Translations under genes and position numbers: made by a program
Assembly (NCBI GenBank): GCA_040758355.1
Contig: JBFLWF010000006.1
Span: 45,157-109,156 of the forward strand
From: Nitrospirota bacterium
Lineage (GTDB): Bacteria > Nitrospirota > Thermodesulfovibrionia > Thermodesulfovibrionales > Dissulfurispiraceae
DNA: 64,000 bases
Direction: 5' to 3'
Shown here: piece after piece, positions 19,708-30,009 of the stretch
Position numbering within the stretch: position 1 is the stretch's first letter
Layout: each line of letters begins with the position of its first letter
Notes under the pieces: model-generated
Database searches by the model: none
What the model saw: the letters and a program-made list of their open reading frames with translations, nothing else
What the model was told of the DNA's origin: nothing

Positions 19708-19982
19708 GGCTCATTTTTATATTGTTCTTTTATATATGCCTCTGAGCTTTCTTCGATGTATTTGGCAATCTCTTCCTTGTTGTCATAATAGTATGAAAGG
19801 GCATCGTATACCTCTGCATGAGTAAGGTGGGGGTATAGAGCAATTATTTCATCAACTGATTTTCCAACTCGCTCAAGCTCTGCAATAAGCCTCACGCTGA
19901 TTCTTGTGCCTTTAATAACAGGCTCTCCACCGCATATACTGGGTGTTTTCTCGATGTGAGGATGTGTAACTATTGTGGACAT
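19695..19982 (-). CDS. DUF433 antitoxin
   Basis: ICGGEPVIKGTRISV...YPHLTHAEVYDALSYY. Confidence 0.9.
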   Translation of the reverse strand: MSTIVTHPHIEKTPSICGGEPVIKGTRISVRLIAELERVGKSVDEIIALYPHLTHAEVYDALSYYYDNKEEIAKYIEESSEAYIKEQYKNEPWAK

Positions 19983-20137
19983 TTTTAAACCTCGCTGAGA
20001 CTTAATTCAGTATACCATATTCAGCATGCAATATTGCGAATAGTAGGGTATGCCGAAAAAGTTCTCTGGCTTAAAGGCATCAAATACGGAAGGGTCAAAT
20101 TAGCATATGTTGATACGAAGAAGGCTGGTAAACTGTA

Positions 20138-21217
20138 TTATCTGAATCTTGTTCCCTTTTGAAGCATCTGCATCATCTCTTCAGGCACAGGCGAGTGATT
20201 GATAGCATCATCCTGCGATATCAATCCCTTTGTATAAAGTTCATGGAGCGACTGGTTCATGGTCTGCATTCCTGAGCGTGTCTGTCCTGTCTGCATCATG
20301 GAGTATATCTGGTGGAGCTTGTCTTCCCTTATAAGATTTCTTATGGCAGGTGTTGGCACGAGGATTTCGAGGGCAAGAACCCTTCCCTGTCCATCCTGCC
20401 TTGTCATCAATCTCTGTGAAATAATGCCTTCAAGCACAAAAGACAACTGAACCCTTATCTGCTCCTGCTGATGTGGTGGGAATACATCTATTATCCTGTT
20501 TATTGTCTGGACTGCCGAGTTCGTATGAAGCGTGGCCAAAGTCAGATGTCCTGTCTCTGATATCCTTATGGCTGCTTCTATTGTTTCGAGGTCGCGCATC
20601 TCGCCTATGAGCACAACATCGGGATCCTGTCTCAGTATGTATTTTAAGGCATTATTAAACGAGAATGTATCGGAGTTTACCTCCCTCTGGTTTATGAGGC
20701 ATTTTTTATGGCTGTGCAGGAATTCTATTGGATCTTCCACTGTTACTATATGCGAATCCCTTTCAGAGTTTATCCTGTCTATCATTGTTGCGAGGGTTGT
20801 TGATTTTCCGCTTCCTGTGGGCCCTGTAACGAGGATGAGTCCGTGTGGTTTCTTGATGAGTTCCTCCACTACATCCGGCAGTCCCAGTTCCTGAAATGTC
20901 TTGATGTTAAATGGTATTGCCCTGAATGCACCTGCAACCGCGCCTCTCTGAAGAAACATATTTGCCCTGAATCTGCTGAGGCCTTTCACGCCGAATGAGA
21001 GGTCAAGTTCATTGTTCTCCTCGAATTTATGCTTCTGGGATTCTGTAAGAATACTGTAGCAGAGCTCCTTTGTGTCTTCAGGCGTCAAAGAAGGATTGCC
21101 TTCAACCGGAACAAGCCTTCCTGCTATGCGCAGCCTCGGCGGACTGCCTGTTGTTATGTGCAGGTCGGATGCGCCCTTTTCTATCATTAATCTCAATAAA
21201 TCAAATAATGAAGCCAT
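20138..21217 (-). CDS. pilT: Type IV pilus retraction ATPase
   Basis: GPTGSGKSTT, LRQDPD, AIRNLIRE. Confidence 0.95.
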   Translation of the reverse strand: MASLFDLLRLMIEKGASDLHITTGSPPRLRIAGRLVPVEGNPSLTPEDTKELCYSILTESQKHKFEENNELDLSFGVKGLSRFRANMFLQRGAVAGAFRAIPFNIKTFQELGLPDVVEELIKKPHGLILVTGPTGSGKSTTLATMIDRINSERDSHIVTVEDPIEFLHSHKKCLINQREVNSDTFSFNNALKYILRQDPDVVLIGEMRDLETIEAAIRISETGHLTLATLHTNSAVQTINRIIDVFPPHQQEQIRVQLSFVLEGIISQRLMTRQDGQGRVLALEILVPTPAIRNLIREDKLHQIYSMMQTGQTRSGMQTMNQSLHELYTKGLISQDDAINHSPVPEEMMQMLQKGTRFR

Positions 21218-21219
21218 AA

Positions 21220-22965
21220 TCAGTCTTCAAAGGTTACCCTGAGGATCTCTTCTACGGTTGTTATTCCGTTTATTACCTTTTTTAATCCGCTTTGCCTGAG
21301 CGTTGACATGCCGAGGCGTATCGCCTCCTTTTTTATGTCTGCTGCAGGCGCACCCTGAAGTATCATCTCCTTTAACTCATCCTTTATGGGCATGATTTCA
21401 TGGACAGCTATCCTTCCTTTATATCCTGTATTGTTGCATTCAGGACAACCCTTTCCCATGTAGCACTTAATATCCTTTACAGCATCGGGCGAAAACCCTG
21501 CCCTGATGAGTGTTGTTTCGGAGAGATGTTCCTCTTCCTTGCAGTTCTCGCATATCTTCCTTGCAAGCCTCTGCGCCACTATTAAAATGACAGATGATGA
21601 GACCATGATGGGCTCTATTCCCATGTTTATAAGCCTTGCTATGGTGCTCGGCGCATCGTTTGTGTGAAGGGTGCTCAAAACAAGATGTCCTGTAAGCGCC
21701 GCCTTTATTGCAATCTCTGCTGTCTCAAAATCTCTTATCTCACCCACGAGGATGATGTCAGGGTCCTGCCTTAAAAATGACCTCAGGGCAGAGGCAAAAT
21801 TGAGCCCGATATCTTCCCGTATATGCACCTGGTTTATTCCAAAGAAGTTGTATTCGACAGGGTCTTCTGCAGTCATGATATTTACGCCGGGCTTGTTCAG
21901 ATGGGAGAGGGCAGAATACAGGGTCGTTGTCTTGCCGCTTCCTGTGGGCCCTGTTACGAGTATCATGCCGTAGGGTTTTTCGATGGCATCATAGAAATCC
22001 ATGAGCTGCTGCTCGTCGAATCCCAGCTTTGATAGTTCAAGCTGGAGGTTGGATTTATCGAGAAGCCTCATGACAACCTTTTCCCCAAAGAGGGTTGGCA
22101 GCGTGGAGACCCTGAAGTCTATCTCCCTGTCATCGCCGAATTTGAGTTTTATCCTTCCGTCCTGTGGCAGCCTCCTCTCCGATATGTCGAGATGGGACAT
22201 TATCTTTATCCTCGATGTAATTGCATTCTTCATCTTTACAGGAAGCTTTAACACAGGCTGAAGCACCCCGTCTATCCTGTATCTAACCCTGAGAATATCT
22301 TCGGAAGGCTCTACATGTATATCGCTGGCACGGGACCTTATGGCATTCATCAGGACACCGTTGACCAGCTTTACTATGGGGGCATCTATCTCTTTTGGTC
22401 CGTCCTTATCTTCTCTTTCCTCCACAACAGTTATGTCCTCAAGGGCGCTGCCTATTACCTTGTTGAGGTCCTCTATCTCCATAACGTCCTTTTCCCCGCC
22501 CTTGCGTCCGCTTATTGTTACTTTTGCCTCTTTCTTCGGATAGTACTTTTCTATGGCCTCCATGATGGCGGACTCTGCAGCTACATGCACCAACACCTTC
22601 ATTCCTGAGAGAAACCTGACATCATCTATTGCAAGGTTGTTGGATGGGTCTGCTATGGCGATCCTCAATCCGGCTCCGTCCTTTGAGATGGGGATGAGCT
22701 GGTACTTTTTTGCTGTTTCGTAAGGTATAAGCTTTAATAAAACAGTGTCGATTTTGTGGTCTGAAAGGTTGATTGCAGGGGCATTGTACTGCCTGCTTAA
22801 AAATGTGATAAGGCTTTCTTCATTTATATGGCCTAATTTCAGAAGTACCGAACCGAGCCTTTTGCCTTCAAGCCTTTGGAGACGAAGGGCTTCGTTTAGT
22901 TGTTCCTCTGTGATAAGTTTTGCTTTTAATAAAAGCTGGCCTAATAAGGACGTTCCTACGGTCAT
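21220..22965 (-). CDS. pilB: Type IV pilus assembly ATPase
   Basis: MshEN-like N-terminus (LGQLL..., RLGSVL), ASDIH, Walker A, tetracysteine motif. Confidence 0.93.
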   Translation of the reverse strand: MTVGTSLLGQLLLKAKLITEEQLNEALRLQRLEGKRLGSVLLKLGHINEESLITFLSRQYNAPAINLSDHKIDTVLLKLIPYETAKKYQLIPISKDGAGLRIAIADPSNNLAIDDVRFLSGMKVLVHVAAESAIMEAIEKYYPKKEAKVTISGRKGGEKDVMEIEDLNKVIGSALEDITVVEEREDKDGPKEIDAPIVKLVNGVLMNAIRSRASDIHVEPSEDILRVRYRIDGVLQPVLKLPVKMKNAITSRIKIMSHLDISERRLPQDGRIKLKFGDDREIDFRVSTLPTLFGEKVVMRLLDKSNLQLELSKLGFDEQQLMDFYDAIEKPYGMILVTGPTGSGKTTTLYSALSHLNKPGVNIMTAEDPVEYNFFGINQVHIREDIGLNFASALRSFLRQDPDIILVGEIRDFETAEIAIKAALTGHLVLSTLHTNDAPSTIARLINMGIEPIMVSSSVILIVAQRLARKICENCKEEEHLSETTLIRAGFSPDAVKDIKCYMGKGCPECNNTGYKGRIAVHEIMPIKDELKEMILQGAPAADIKKEAIRLGMSTLRQSGLKKVINGITTVEEILRVTFED

Positions 22966-23028
22966 TATCTAAAATACTGTAAAAAAATGACTTAAGTCAA
23001 ACCTCAATCCGTAAAGAAACACATACAG

Positions 23029-23197
23029 AAGAAAAGCGGGCATGGGTGAGAAGCCTTTATCAGCGATACCTCAGAGCCGATCCCTCCCGCTGTTTAAGGG
23101 CAATTTCAGTATCGCCTTATGCATTCAGCAGTATAAACAGGCAGCAAAATAATCTTATCGCATTGATAAAGGCTTTGAAGCCGTGCCTGCTTTTCTT
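23029..23197 (+). ncRNA. Putative rod-shaped structured RNA, copy 1
   Basis: Long closing stem with G-U pairs and tandem GA/AG on the + strand; about 11 differences from 56300-56467 by manual alignment. Confidence 0.65.
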
Positions 23198-23275
23198 GAT
23201 TACGGATGTTTTGGTTAAACGAGTCTTGAATTAATATCTCGTTACTTGTTACTATAGACCCGTTGCCGTTGTTGA

Positions 23276-23351
23276 GGGCAGTTAGCTCAGTCGGTAGAGC
23301 AGGGGCCTGAAAAGCCCCGTGTCGGGAGTTCGATTCTCTCACTGCCCACCA
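23276..23351 (+). tRNA. tRNA-Phe (GAA)
   Basis: Cloverleaf gggcagt...actgccc, anticodon arm ggggc-ctGAAaa-gcccc, TTCGA, encoded CCA; TTGAAT-18-TACTAT promoter at 23226-23255. Confidence 0.97.
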
Positions 23352-24375
23352 TTTTCACCTTCCCCTGTCCCCCGATCTCTCCTTCAATCGAAAATTCATA
23401 TTCGTGGAATAATCCTATTGCCCACAGATTGGTAAGCAAATGCTGAGTGGCGCATGAAGTTGTAAAAACCGATTCGTTATTGCACAGAGACAGGTATAAA
23501 ACCATCTGATCAGGAAGGTGCGAATCCAATGCTGCATTGCTTGAATAGTAATTAAGGAACTCTATTGCTGCCTCTTCCCCCACTATCTCTGCCCTCTTAC
23601 CCCTTTCACCGATGGCTGTGAATCCTGCAACGGAACTTTCCGATTCTGATTTCATGAATACGAATGTGCCCTGTCCCGGAGTTGGAGCATCTATGATCTC
23701 CATATCCACAGGACATTTAATATCTGCCTGTGAATGTATTTTTTCCATGAAGGCATTTCTCTGTCTTTCGGCTATTGATGGATGCAGATTTCCCACGCCG
23801 GAGCATCCACTGAGCTTTATAAGCTGTCCTCTTTCCATAATTCTCAGCGGTTTGATCTCTTTTGCAGGAAATATCTCTGCCCTTATTCTTCCTCCTCCTT
23901 TTGGATAAAAACCGTAAGATTCTATGTTTAGCTCTATCCGTACGCCCAGTTTTTTCAGCATCGGGACAAAGACCTCTGAGATGTAGTGGTAGCAAGGGCT
24001 GAATGGAACATGGGTTCCTCCTTTTAATACGACGGTTGTTTTTCTGTTCAGGAATATCAGTGAGGGGATGATTGTTTGAAGGACTAATGATGTAGAGCCT
24101 GCAGTGCCGATATCAAAGAAAAAGTCTCCGCCCTTTACGCCTTTTGGCGAGAATATAAGCTCTGTTGAACCCTTGAAATCGCCTATTACCTCAGCATTGG
24201 AGAGGAGTTGCGCAGCCCTTACGCATGTGAGATGCTGGGGCATGAGCCCTGGATTTTTCCTGCCCTTCCTGATGTTGAATATCCTGAATGGCTTGTTGAA
24301 AAGGCATGAAAGGCTGAGGGCCGTCCTCAGTATCTGGCCTCCGCCTTCTCCAAAGCTTCCGTCTATTTCTATCAT
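23287..24375 (-). CDS. rtcA: RNA 3'-terminal phosphate cyclase
   Basis: DGSFGEGGGQILR, GTAGS, GGTHVPFSP, DSHLPDQ. Confidence 0.93.
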   Translation of the reverse strand: MIEIDGSFGEGGGQILRTALSLSCLFNKPFRIFNIRKGRKNPGLMPQHLTCVRAAQLLSNAEVIGDFKGSTELIFSPKGVKGGDFFFDIGTAGSTSLVLQTIIPSLIFLNRKTTVVLKGGTHVPFSPCYHYISEVFVPMLKKLGVRIELNIESYGFYPKGGGRIRAEIFPAKEIKPLRIMERGQLIKLSGCSGVGNLHPSIAERQRNAFMEKIHSQADIKCPVDMEIIDAPTPGQGTFVFMKSESESSVAGFTAIGERGKRAEIVGEEAAIEFLNYYSSNAALDSHLPDQMVLYLSLCNNESVFTTSCATQHLLTNLWAIGLFHEYEFSIEGEIGGQGKVKMVGSERIELPTRGFSGPCSTD

Positions 24376-24446
24376 GGTTAAATATTACAACATGGAAGGT
24401 CGAAATGCCCAAATTTAAGAGGAGTTTTTTGAAAGGGATGCTGTTT

Positions 24447-24523
<77 letters not shown>

Positions 24524-24618
24524 GGTAATTAGCTTACCTGAACGGTCTGAATGTTGTCAACTTGAGTTGCAAATTCCTTCTTAATGGTGCTATCTTACCC
24601 TGTTTTTCGGAGGGCAAT

Positions 24619-25227
24619 GTGGATATAGTTCTTGCAACAAGGAATAAAAAGAAGGTCGAGGAGATGAGCAGGATCCTCGGCGGCATGGACATAAACATAC
24701 TAACACTCGATGACTTTCCATCCTGTCCTGAAGTTGAAGAAGATGCAAATACCTTCGAAGGGAATGCTGTTAAAAAGGCATTGGCAATAACAAAATGCAC
24801 AAATAAAATCGCTGTGGCAGATGATTCCGGGCTTGAGGTTTATGCCCTTAATGGTGCACCCGGGGTTATGTCTGCAAGGTATGCAGGTGAGAGTGCCGAT
24901 GATGTTGCTAATATCGGAAAGCTCCTTAGCGAGATGAAGGATATACCTGACGAGCAGAGAGGGGCAAGGTTTGTGTGCTGTATTGCCCTCGCTTATCCAA
25001 ACGGCAAGACAGAGACATTCTTTGGCTTTGCAGAAGGCAGGATCGGCAGAGAGCCGAGGGGAAGGATGGGTTTCGGATACGACCCTGTTTTCTACCTGGC
25101 GGGCTATGATGAGACCTTCGCCGAAATGTCGCCCGAAGAAAAAGACGCCCTGAGCCACAGGGGAAATGCCCTTGAGGGGTTCAAGGAATATATGAAGGCT
25201 CATTATTCTGAATATAAGGAAATTTAA
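24619..25227 (+). CDS. rdgB: Non-canonical purine NTP pyrophosphatase
   Basis: ATRNKKK, ADDSGL, FGYDPVF, SHRG; GTG start after GGAGG. Confidence 0.93.
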   Translation: MDIVLATRNKKKVEEMSRILGGMDINILTLDDFPSCPEVEEDANTFEGNAVKKALAITKCTNKIAVADDSGLEVYALNGAPGVMSARYAGESADDVANIGKLLSEMKDIPDEQRGARFVCCIALAYPNGKTETFFGFAEGRIGREPRGRMGFGYDPVFYLAGYDETFAEMSPEEKDALSHRGNALEGFKEYMKAHYSEYKEI

Positions 25228-25317
25228 TGTAATGATTATAATTTTAAACTTGAATTAAATCGCTTCTTTGATTAAGTTATATCGTTTTTCAAAATTTCTT
25301 CAATTGGAGGTTCTCCC

Positions 25318-25965
25318 ATGAGATTGGTTCTTCTTGGTGCTCCTGGAGCTGGAAAGGGCACGCAGGCAAAAATACTCGTTGAAAAATATGGTATTCCCCA
25401 GATTTCCACAGGTGATCTTTTAAGGGCAGCAGTAGCTGCCGGAACAGCCCTCGGAAAAGAGGCAAGGTCCTATATGGACAAAGGGGAGCTTGTCCCTGAC
25501 AGTGTTGTTCTCGGAATGGTGGAAGAAAGGCTTAAACAGGATGACTGTAAAAAGGGCTATATTCTCGACGGCTTCCCGAGGAATACAAAGCAGGCAGAAG
25601 CTCTGGACAAAATGCTCTCACCCTTAAATATGTCATTGACTGCAGCACTCAGCGTTGATGTTCCATTTGACGACCTTATGAAGAGACTTACCGGAAGAAG
25701 GACATGCAAGGCTTGCGGCCAGATGTACAATGTCTACTTCAATGCACCCAAAAAAGAAGGCGTTTGCGATAAGTGCGGCGGCGAGCTTTTCCAGAGGGAT
25801 GACGACAAAGAAGAGACCATAAAGAAGAGACTTGAGGTCTACAATGCACAGACAGCGCCTCTTATTGACTACTATGGCAAGAAAGGCATATTGAAATCAG
25901 TCGCAGGCACAGGCAGTATTGACGACATATTTAAAAAGGTCTGCGGCGCCCTGGGACTTAAATAG
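25318..25965 (+). CDS. adk: Adenylate kinase
   Basis: GAPGAGKGTQ, DGFPR, Zn LID. Confidence 0.97.
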   Translation: MRLVLLGAPGAGKGTQAKILVEKYGIPQISTGDLLRAAVAAGTALGKEARSYMDKGELVPDSVVLGMVEERLKQDDCKKGYILDGFPRNTKQAEALDKMLSPLNMSLTAALSVDVPFDDLMKRLTGRRTCKACGQMYNVYFNAPKKEGVCDKCGGELFQRDDDKEETIKKRLEVYNAQTAPLIDYYGKKGILKSVAGTGSIDDIFKKVCGALGLK

Positions 25966-26026
25966 AACCTTTAATAGAGTATTCAAGCTCGGTCTTGAAA
26001 TATAAAAATCAAACAGGAGGATTAAG

Positions 26027-27241
26027 ATGGCTTTAGTAAATCCGCATGGAAAACAAAAGAAATTAAACCCGCTCTTGCTGACAGGCGCTGCCCTCGAAGA
26101 AGAGAAGAAAAAAGCTAAGACCCTCACTCAGGTCAGGATTGCATCGAGAGAGGCAGGAGACCTGATAATGATGGGTATTGGCGGATTCACTCCGCTTACA
26201 GGATTTATGGGACATGATGACTGGAAAGGCGTATGCGCCGAGTACAAGATGGCAGACGGCACCTTCTGGCCAATACCGGTGACTGTTTCCACAACAGAGG
26301 GGCAGGCAGACAGCATAAAGAAGAACGAAGAGGTTGCCCTCGTCTCAGAAGAAACAGGCGAGATAATGGCAACAATGAAGGTCACAGATAAGTACAAGAT
26401 TGATAAAGAGTATGAATGCAAACAGGTATTCAGGACAACTGATATGGAGCATCCCGGTGTTGTCATGGTTATGAAGCAGGCCGATATAAACCTTGCAGGT
26501 ACAGTGAAGGTTCTTAGCGAAGGGGTATTTCCAAAGGATTTTGCAGGTATCTATCTTAGGCCGGCAGAGACAAGGAAGATATTTGAGGAAAAGGGCTGGA
26601 GCACAGTAGCAGCGTTCCAGACAAGAAACCCAATGCACCGCTCCCATGAATACCTCGCAAAGATTGCCATAGAGACCTGTGACGGCGTCTTCATTCATAT
26701 GCTCCTTGGCAAGTTGAAACCGGGTGACATTCCCGGAGATGTACGGCAGAGGGCTATAGACACCCTTATTGAACATTATTTTGTGAAAGATACGATAACT
26801 GTCGGCGGTTATCCACTTGATATGAGATATGCAGGCCCGAGAGAGGCTCTCCTCCATGCCCTATTCAGGCAGAACTACGGCTGCAGCCATCTCATAGTCG
26901 GAAGGGACCATGCAGGCGTGGGAGAATACTACGGACCATTCGATGCGCAGAAGATATTCGATGAGATTCCGGCAAACGCTCTCGAGACAAAACCGCTCAA
27001 GATAGACTGGACATTCTACTGCCATAAGTGCGATGGAATGGCATCCATGAGGACATGCCCTCACGGAAAAGAGGACAGGTTGATCCTCAGCGGAACAAAA
27101 CTCAGGAAAATGCTCTCGGAAGGTGAGGATGTTCCTGACCACTTCAGCAGGCCTGAAGTCCTCAAGATATTAAGAGAGTACTACGAAGGATTGACCGAGA
27201 AGGTGGAGGTTAAACTCCATAAATTTGCAGAAGGCGCATAA
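26027..27241 (+). CDS. sat: Sulfate adenylyltransferase
   Basis: [17 protein letters not shown]. Confidence 0.97.
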   Translation: MALVNPHGKQKKLNPLLLTGAALEEEKKKAKTLTQVRIASREAGDLIMMGIGGFTPLTGFMGHDDWKGVCAEYKMADGTFWPIPVTVSTTEGQADSIKKNEEVALVSEETGEIMATMKVTDKYKIDKEYECKQVFRTTDMEHPGVVMVMKQADINLAGTVKVLSEGVFPKDFAGIYLRPAETRKIFEEKGWSTVAAFQTRNPMHRSHEYLAKIAIETCDGVFIHMLLGKLKPGDIPGDVRQRAIDTLIEHYFVKDTITVGGYPLDMRYAGPREALLHALFRQNYGCSHLIVGRDHAGVGEYYGPFDAQKIFDEIPANALETKPLKIDWTFYCHKCDGMASMRTCPHGKEDRLILSGTKLRKMLSEGEDVPDHFSRPEVLKILREYYEGLTEKVEVKLHKFAEGA

Positions 27242-27438
27242 ATAAAAGGATAAGGCAAAGGTAAAGTAAAGGCAAAGAAACATCAATCTTAACCTCAACC
27301 TTTACCTCAACCTGTTTTTAATGAAAGGGGGTGTGAAGCCGAGATTACTGGCTTATAATTTTGTTGTTCGTTGTGTATCAAATAGCATACAGGGCATCAG
27401 AAATCGATGCTTAATAAAAAACCGAAGGAGGTTATATT

Positions 27439-27858
27439 ATGCCAAGCTATGTAATTACTGAGAAGTGTGATGGTTGCAAGGCTCAGGACAAGACTGCATG
27501 TCAGTACATTTGTCCTAATGACCTCATGGTCCTTAACAGGGATCTCATGAAGGCATTCAATCAGGAGCCGGATCAGTGCTGGGAGTGCTACAACTGCGTA
27601 AAGATCTGCCCTCAGCAGGCGATCGAGGTAAGGGGTTATCAGGATTTCAATCCTCTGGGAGGCAATGTCATCCCGATGAGAGGTACCGACTCCATCATGT
27701 GGACAATCAAGTTCAGGAACGGATCCCTCAAGAGATTCAAGTTCCCCATCAGGACAACTCCGGAAGGTTCTATTGATCCATACAAAGGAACACCAGAACC
27801 GGATTTTTCAAAAATCAAGAAGCCTGGCTACTTCAACTACGAAGCCAGAACAAAATAA
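27439..27858 (+). CDS. aprB: APS reductase beta subunit
   Basis: CDGCK...CQYICPNDLM, CWECYNCVKICP. Confidence 0.97.
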   Translation: MPSYVITEKCDGCKAQDKTACQYICPNDLMVLNRDLMKAFNQEPDQCWECYNCVKICPQQAIEVRGYQDFNPLGGNVIPMRGTDSIMWTIKFRNGSLKRFKFPIRTTPEGSIDPYKGTPEPDFSKIKKPGYFNYEARTK

Positions 27859-27868
27859 TTAAGGAGGG

Positions 27869-29854
27869 ATGACCATGGAAAAAGAAACTTGCACGTTTTC
27901 ATATTGCCAGAGGCCTGAAGTCGTTGAGATAGAGACAGACCTCCTTCTCATCGGCGGCGGCATGGCATGCTGCGGCGCAGCATTTGAGGCAGTTCGCTGG
28001 GCAAACGCAAAGGGCTTGAAGGTTACAATGGTTGACAAGGCAGCAACAGACAGAAGCGGTGCTGTTGCAATGGGTCTTTCAGCCATCAATACATACTGCG
28101 GCGAGAATGATCCTGCAGATTATGTCAAGTACGTAAGAAACGACCTGATGGGCATAATCAGGGAAGACCTTGTTTATGACCTCGGAAGGCACGTTGACAA
28201 CTCGGTCCACCTCTTTGAAGAGTGGGGCCTTCCAATATGGAAAAAGGCTGATGACGGATTCTCCCTCGACGGCTTTCAGGCAAGGGATGCAGGAAAGGCA
28301 ATGCTCAAAGACGGCGGCGTTCCTGTAAGGTCCGGTAAATGGCAGATAATGATTAACGGTGAGTCCTACAAGGTCATCGTTGCAGAGGCTGCTAAGAAGG
28401 CCCTCGAGATCAACAGGCAGGCAACAGGCGTTGCCCAGAACCACTTCGAGAGGGTATTTATCGTAAAACTCTACCATGACGCAAACGACCCGAAGAGGGT
28501 TGCAGCAGCAGCAGGCTTCAGCGTCAGAGAGAACAAGATATATGTATTTAAGGCCAAGGCAATGATCAATGCTGCCGGCGGTGCAGTTAACGTCTTCAGG
28601 CCGAGGTCGGTCAGAGAGGGTCAGGGTAGGGCATGGTATCCTGTATGGAACTCAGGTTCAGGATATGCCCTCGGAATGCAGGCCGGTGCAGAGCTCACAA
28701 TGATGGAGAACAGGTTCGTCCCTGCAAGATTCAAGGACGGATACGGACCAGTCGGCGCATGGTTCCTCTTCTTCAAGGCAAAGGCAACTAACTCACTCGG
28801 AGAAGACTATTGTGTAACACACATGGATGCTACAAAGGCTCTCTACAGCCCGTATGCAGAGAAACTCGGCACAGCCATCAGAAACCACATGATGATGCTC
28901 GACATGAAGGCAGGCAAGGGCCCTATCCTCATGAACACCCATACAGCAATGCAGGAACTCGCAAAGACCATGGATGCAAAGAGGATCAAACACCTCGAAG
29001 CAGAGGCATGGGAAGACTTCCTCGACATGTGTATCGGTCAGGCAGGCCTCTGGGCATGTAAGAACATAGAGCCTGACAAAGAGCCTTCAGAGATTATGCC
29101 TACAGAGCCGTATCTCTTAGGCTCTCACGCAGGCTGCGCAGGATTCTGGTGCAGCGGCCCCGGCGATATAGCAGGAACTCCTGATCACTACTCATGGGGT
29201 TATAACAGGATGTCAACAGTGCCGGGCCTCTTTATGGCCGGCGACATCTGCGGCGCATCAGGCCACAAGTTCTCCTCAGGCTCGCATGCAGAGGGAAGAA
29301 TTGCTGCAAAGGCTGCATTGGCATTCATCCTTGACCATGCTGATTACAAGCCTGCAATCAAGCAGACAGCAGATGAGATTGCAGCAGAACTCTATATGCC
29401 TTACGAGATCTATGAGAAGTACAAGACCTTCTCGACAGATCCTGCTATGAACCCTCACTACATCAGGCCGCACATGCTTCAGGCAAGGCTACAGAAGATT
29501 GCAGACGAGTACTTTGGCGGCATCTCCACATGGTACATGACCTCAAAGACAATGCTCGAAGAGGGTCTGAAGCAGCTCGAATTGCTCAAGGAAGACGCTG
29601 CCAAGAGTGCAGCAGCCAATCTCCATGAGCTTATGAGGGCATGGGAGAACTTCCATAGAATTCTTTCTGTTGAGGCACATGCAAGGCACATCCTCTTCAG
29701 GGAAGAGTCAAGGTATCCAGGATACTACTACAGAGGCGACTTCCTCCCGATCAACGACAAGGACTGGAAGTGCTTCGTCAACTCAAAATACGATGCAGAG
29801 AAAAATACATGGGAGCTCAAGAAGGTTCCTTATGTACAGATGATCGCTGACTAA
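27869..29854 (+). CDS. aprA: APS reductase alpha subunit
   Basis: RSGAVAMGLSAINTY, WQIMINGESYK, GHKFSSGS. Confidence 0.97.
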   Translation: MTMEKETCTFSYCQRPEVVEIETDLLLIGGGMACCGAAFEAVRWANAKGLKVTMVDKAATDRSGAVAMGLSAINTYCGENDPADYVKYVRNDLMGIIREDLVYDLGRHVDNSVHLFEEWGLPIWKKADDGFSLDGFQARDAGKAMLKDGGVPVRSGKWQIMINGESYKVIVAEAAKKALEINRQATGVAQNHFERVFIVKLYHDANDPKRVAAAAGFSVRENKIYVFKAKAMINAAGGAVNVFRPRSVREGQGRAWYPVWNSGSGYALGMQAGAELTMMENRFVPARFKDGYGPVGAWFLFFKAKATNSLGEDYCVTHMDATKALYSPYAEKLGTAIRNHMMMLDMKAGKGPILMNTHTAMQELAKTMDAKRIKHLEAEAWEDFLDMCIGQAGLWACKNIEPDKEPSEIMPTEPYLLGSHAGCAGFWCSGPGDIAGTPDHYSWGYNRMSTVPGLFMAGDICGASGHKFSSGSHAEGRIAAKAALAFILDHADYKPAIKQTADEIAAELYMPYEIYEKYKTFSTDPAMNPHYIRPHMLQARLQKIADEYFGGISTWYMTSKTMLEEGLKQLELLKEDAAKSAAANLHELMRAWENFHRILSVEAHARHILFREESRYPGYYYRGDFLPINDKDWKCFVNSKYDAEKNTWELKKVPYVQMIAD

Positions 29855-29865
29855 TTGATTTGGAC

Positions 29866-29899
29866 ACTTGAGAGAGAGGTAACTGCCTCTCTCTCAAGT
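29866..29899 (+). terminator. Hairpin after aprA (terminator or mRNA stabiliser)
   Basis: acttgagagagagg-taactg-cctctctctcaagt; no U-tract. Confidence 0.6.
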
Positions 29900-30009
29900 C
29901 ATTAAGTAATTAAGTCACTAAGTAATTAACACAGAACAGTTATCATATAAAGATTTCTAATAACTCAATGACTTAATTACTCAATGACTCAAGAATAAGG
30001 AGGAAAAGC

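Noticed and set aside
23029..23197. c-di-GMP riboswitch, SRP RNA, Y RNA, CsrB-type RNA or retron msr-msd
   Set aside because: Diagnostic motifs not seen, orientation is opposite to pilB, and there is no reverse transcriptase nearby; canonical 6S is not excluded but not supported beyond size and shape
23046..23342. Short ORFs over RNA copy 1 and tRNA-Phe
   Set aside because: Shadow ORFs of non-coding elements with no RBS or recognisable motif
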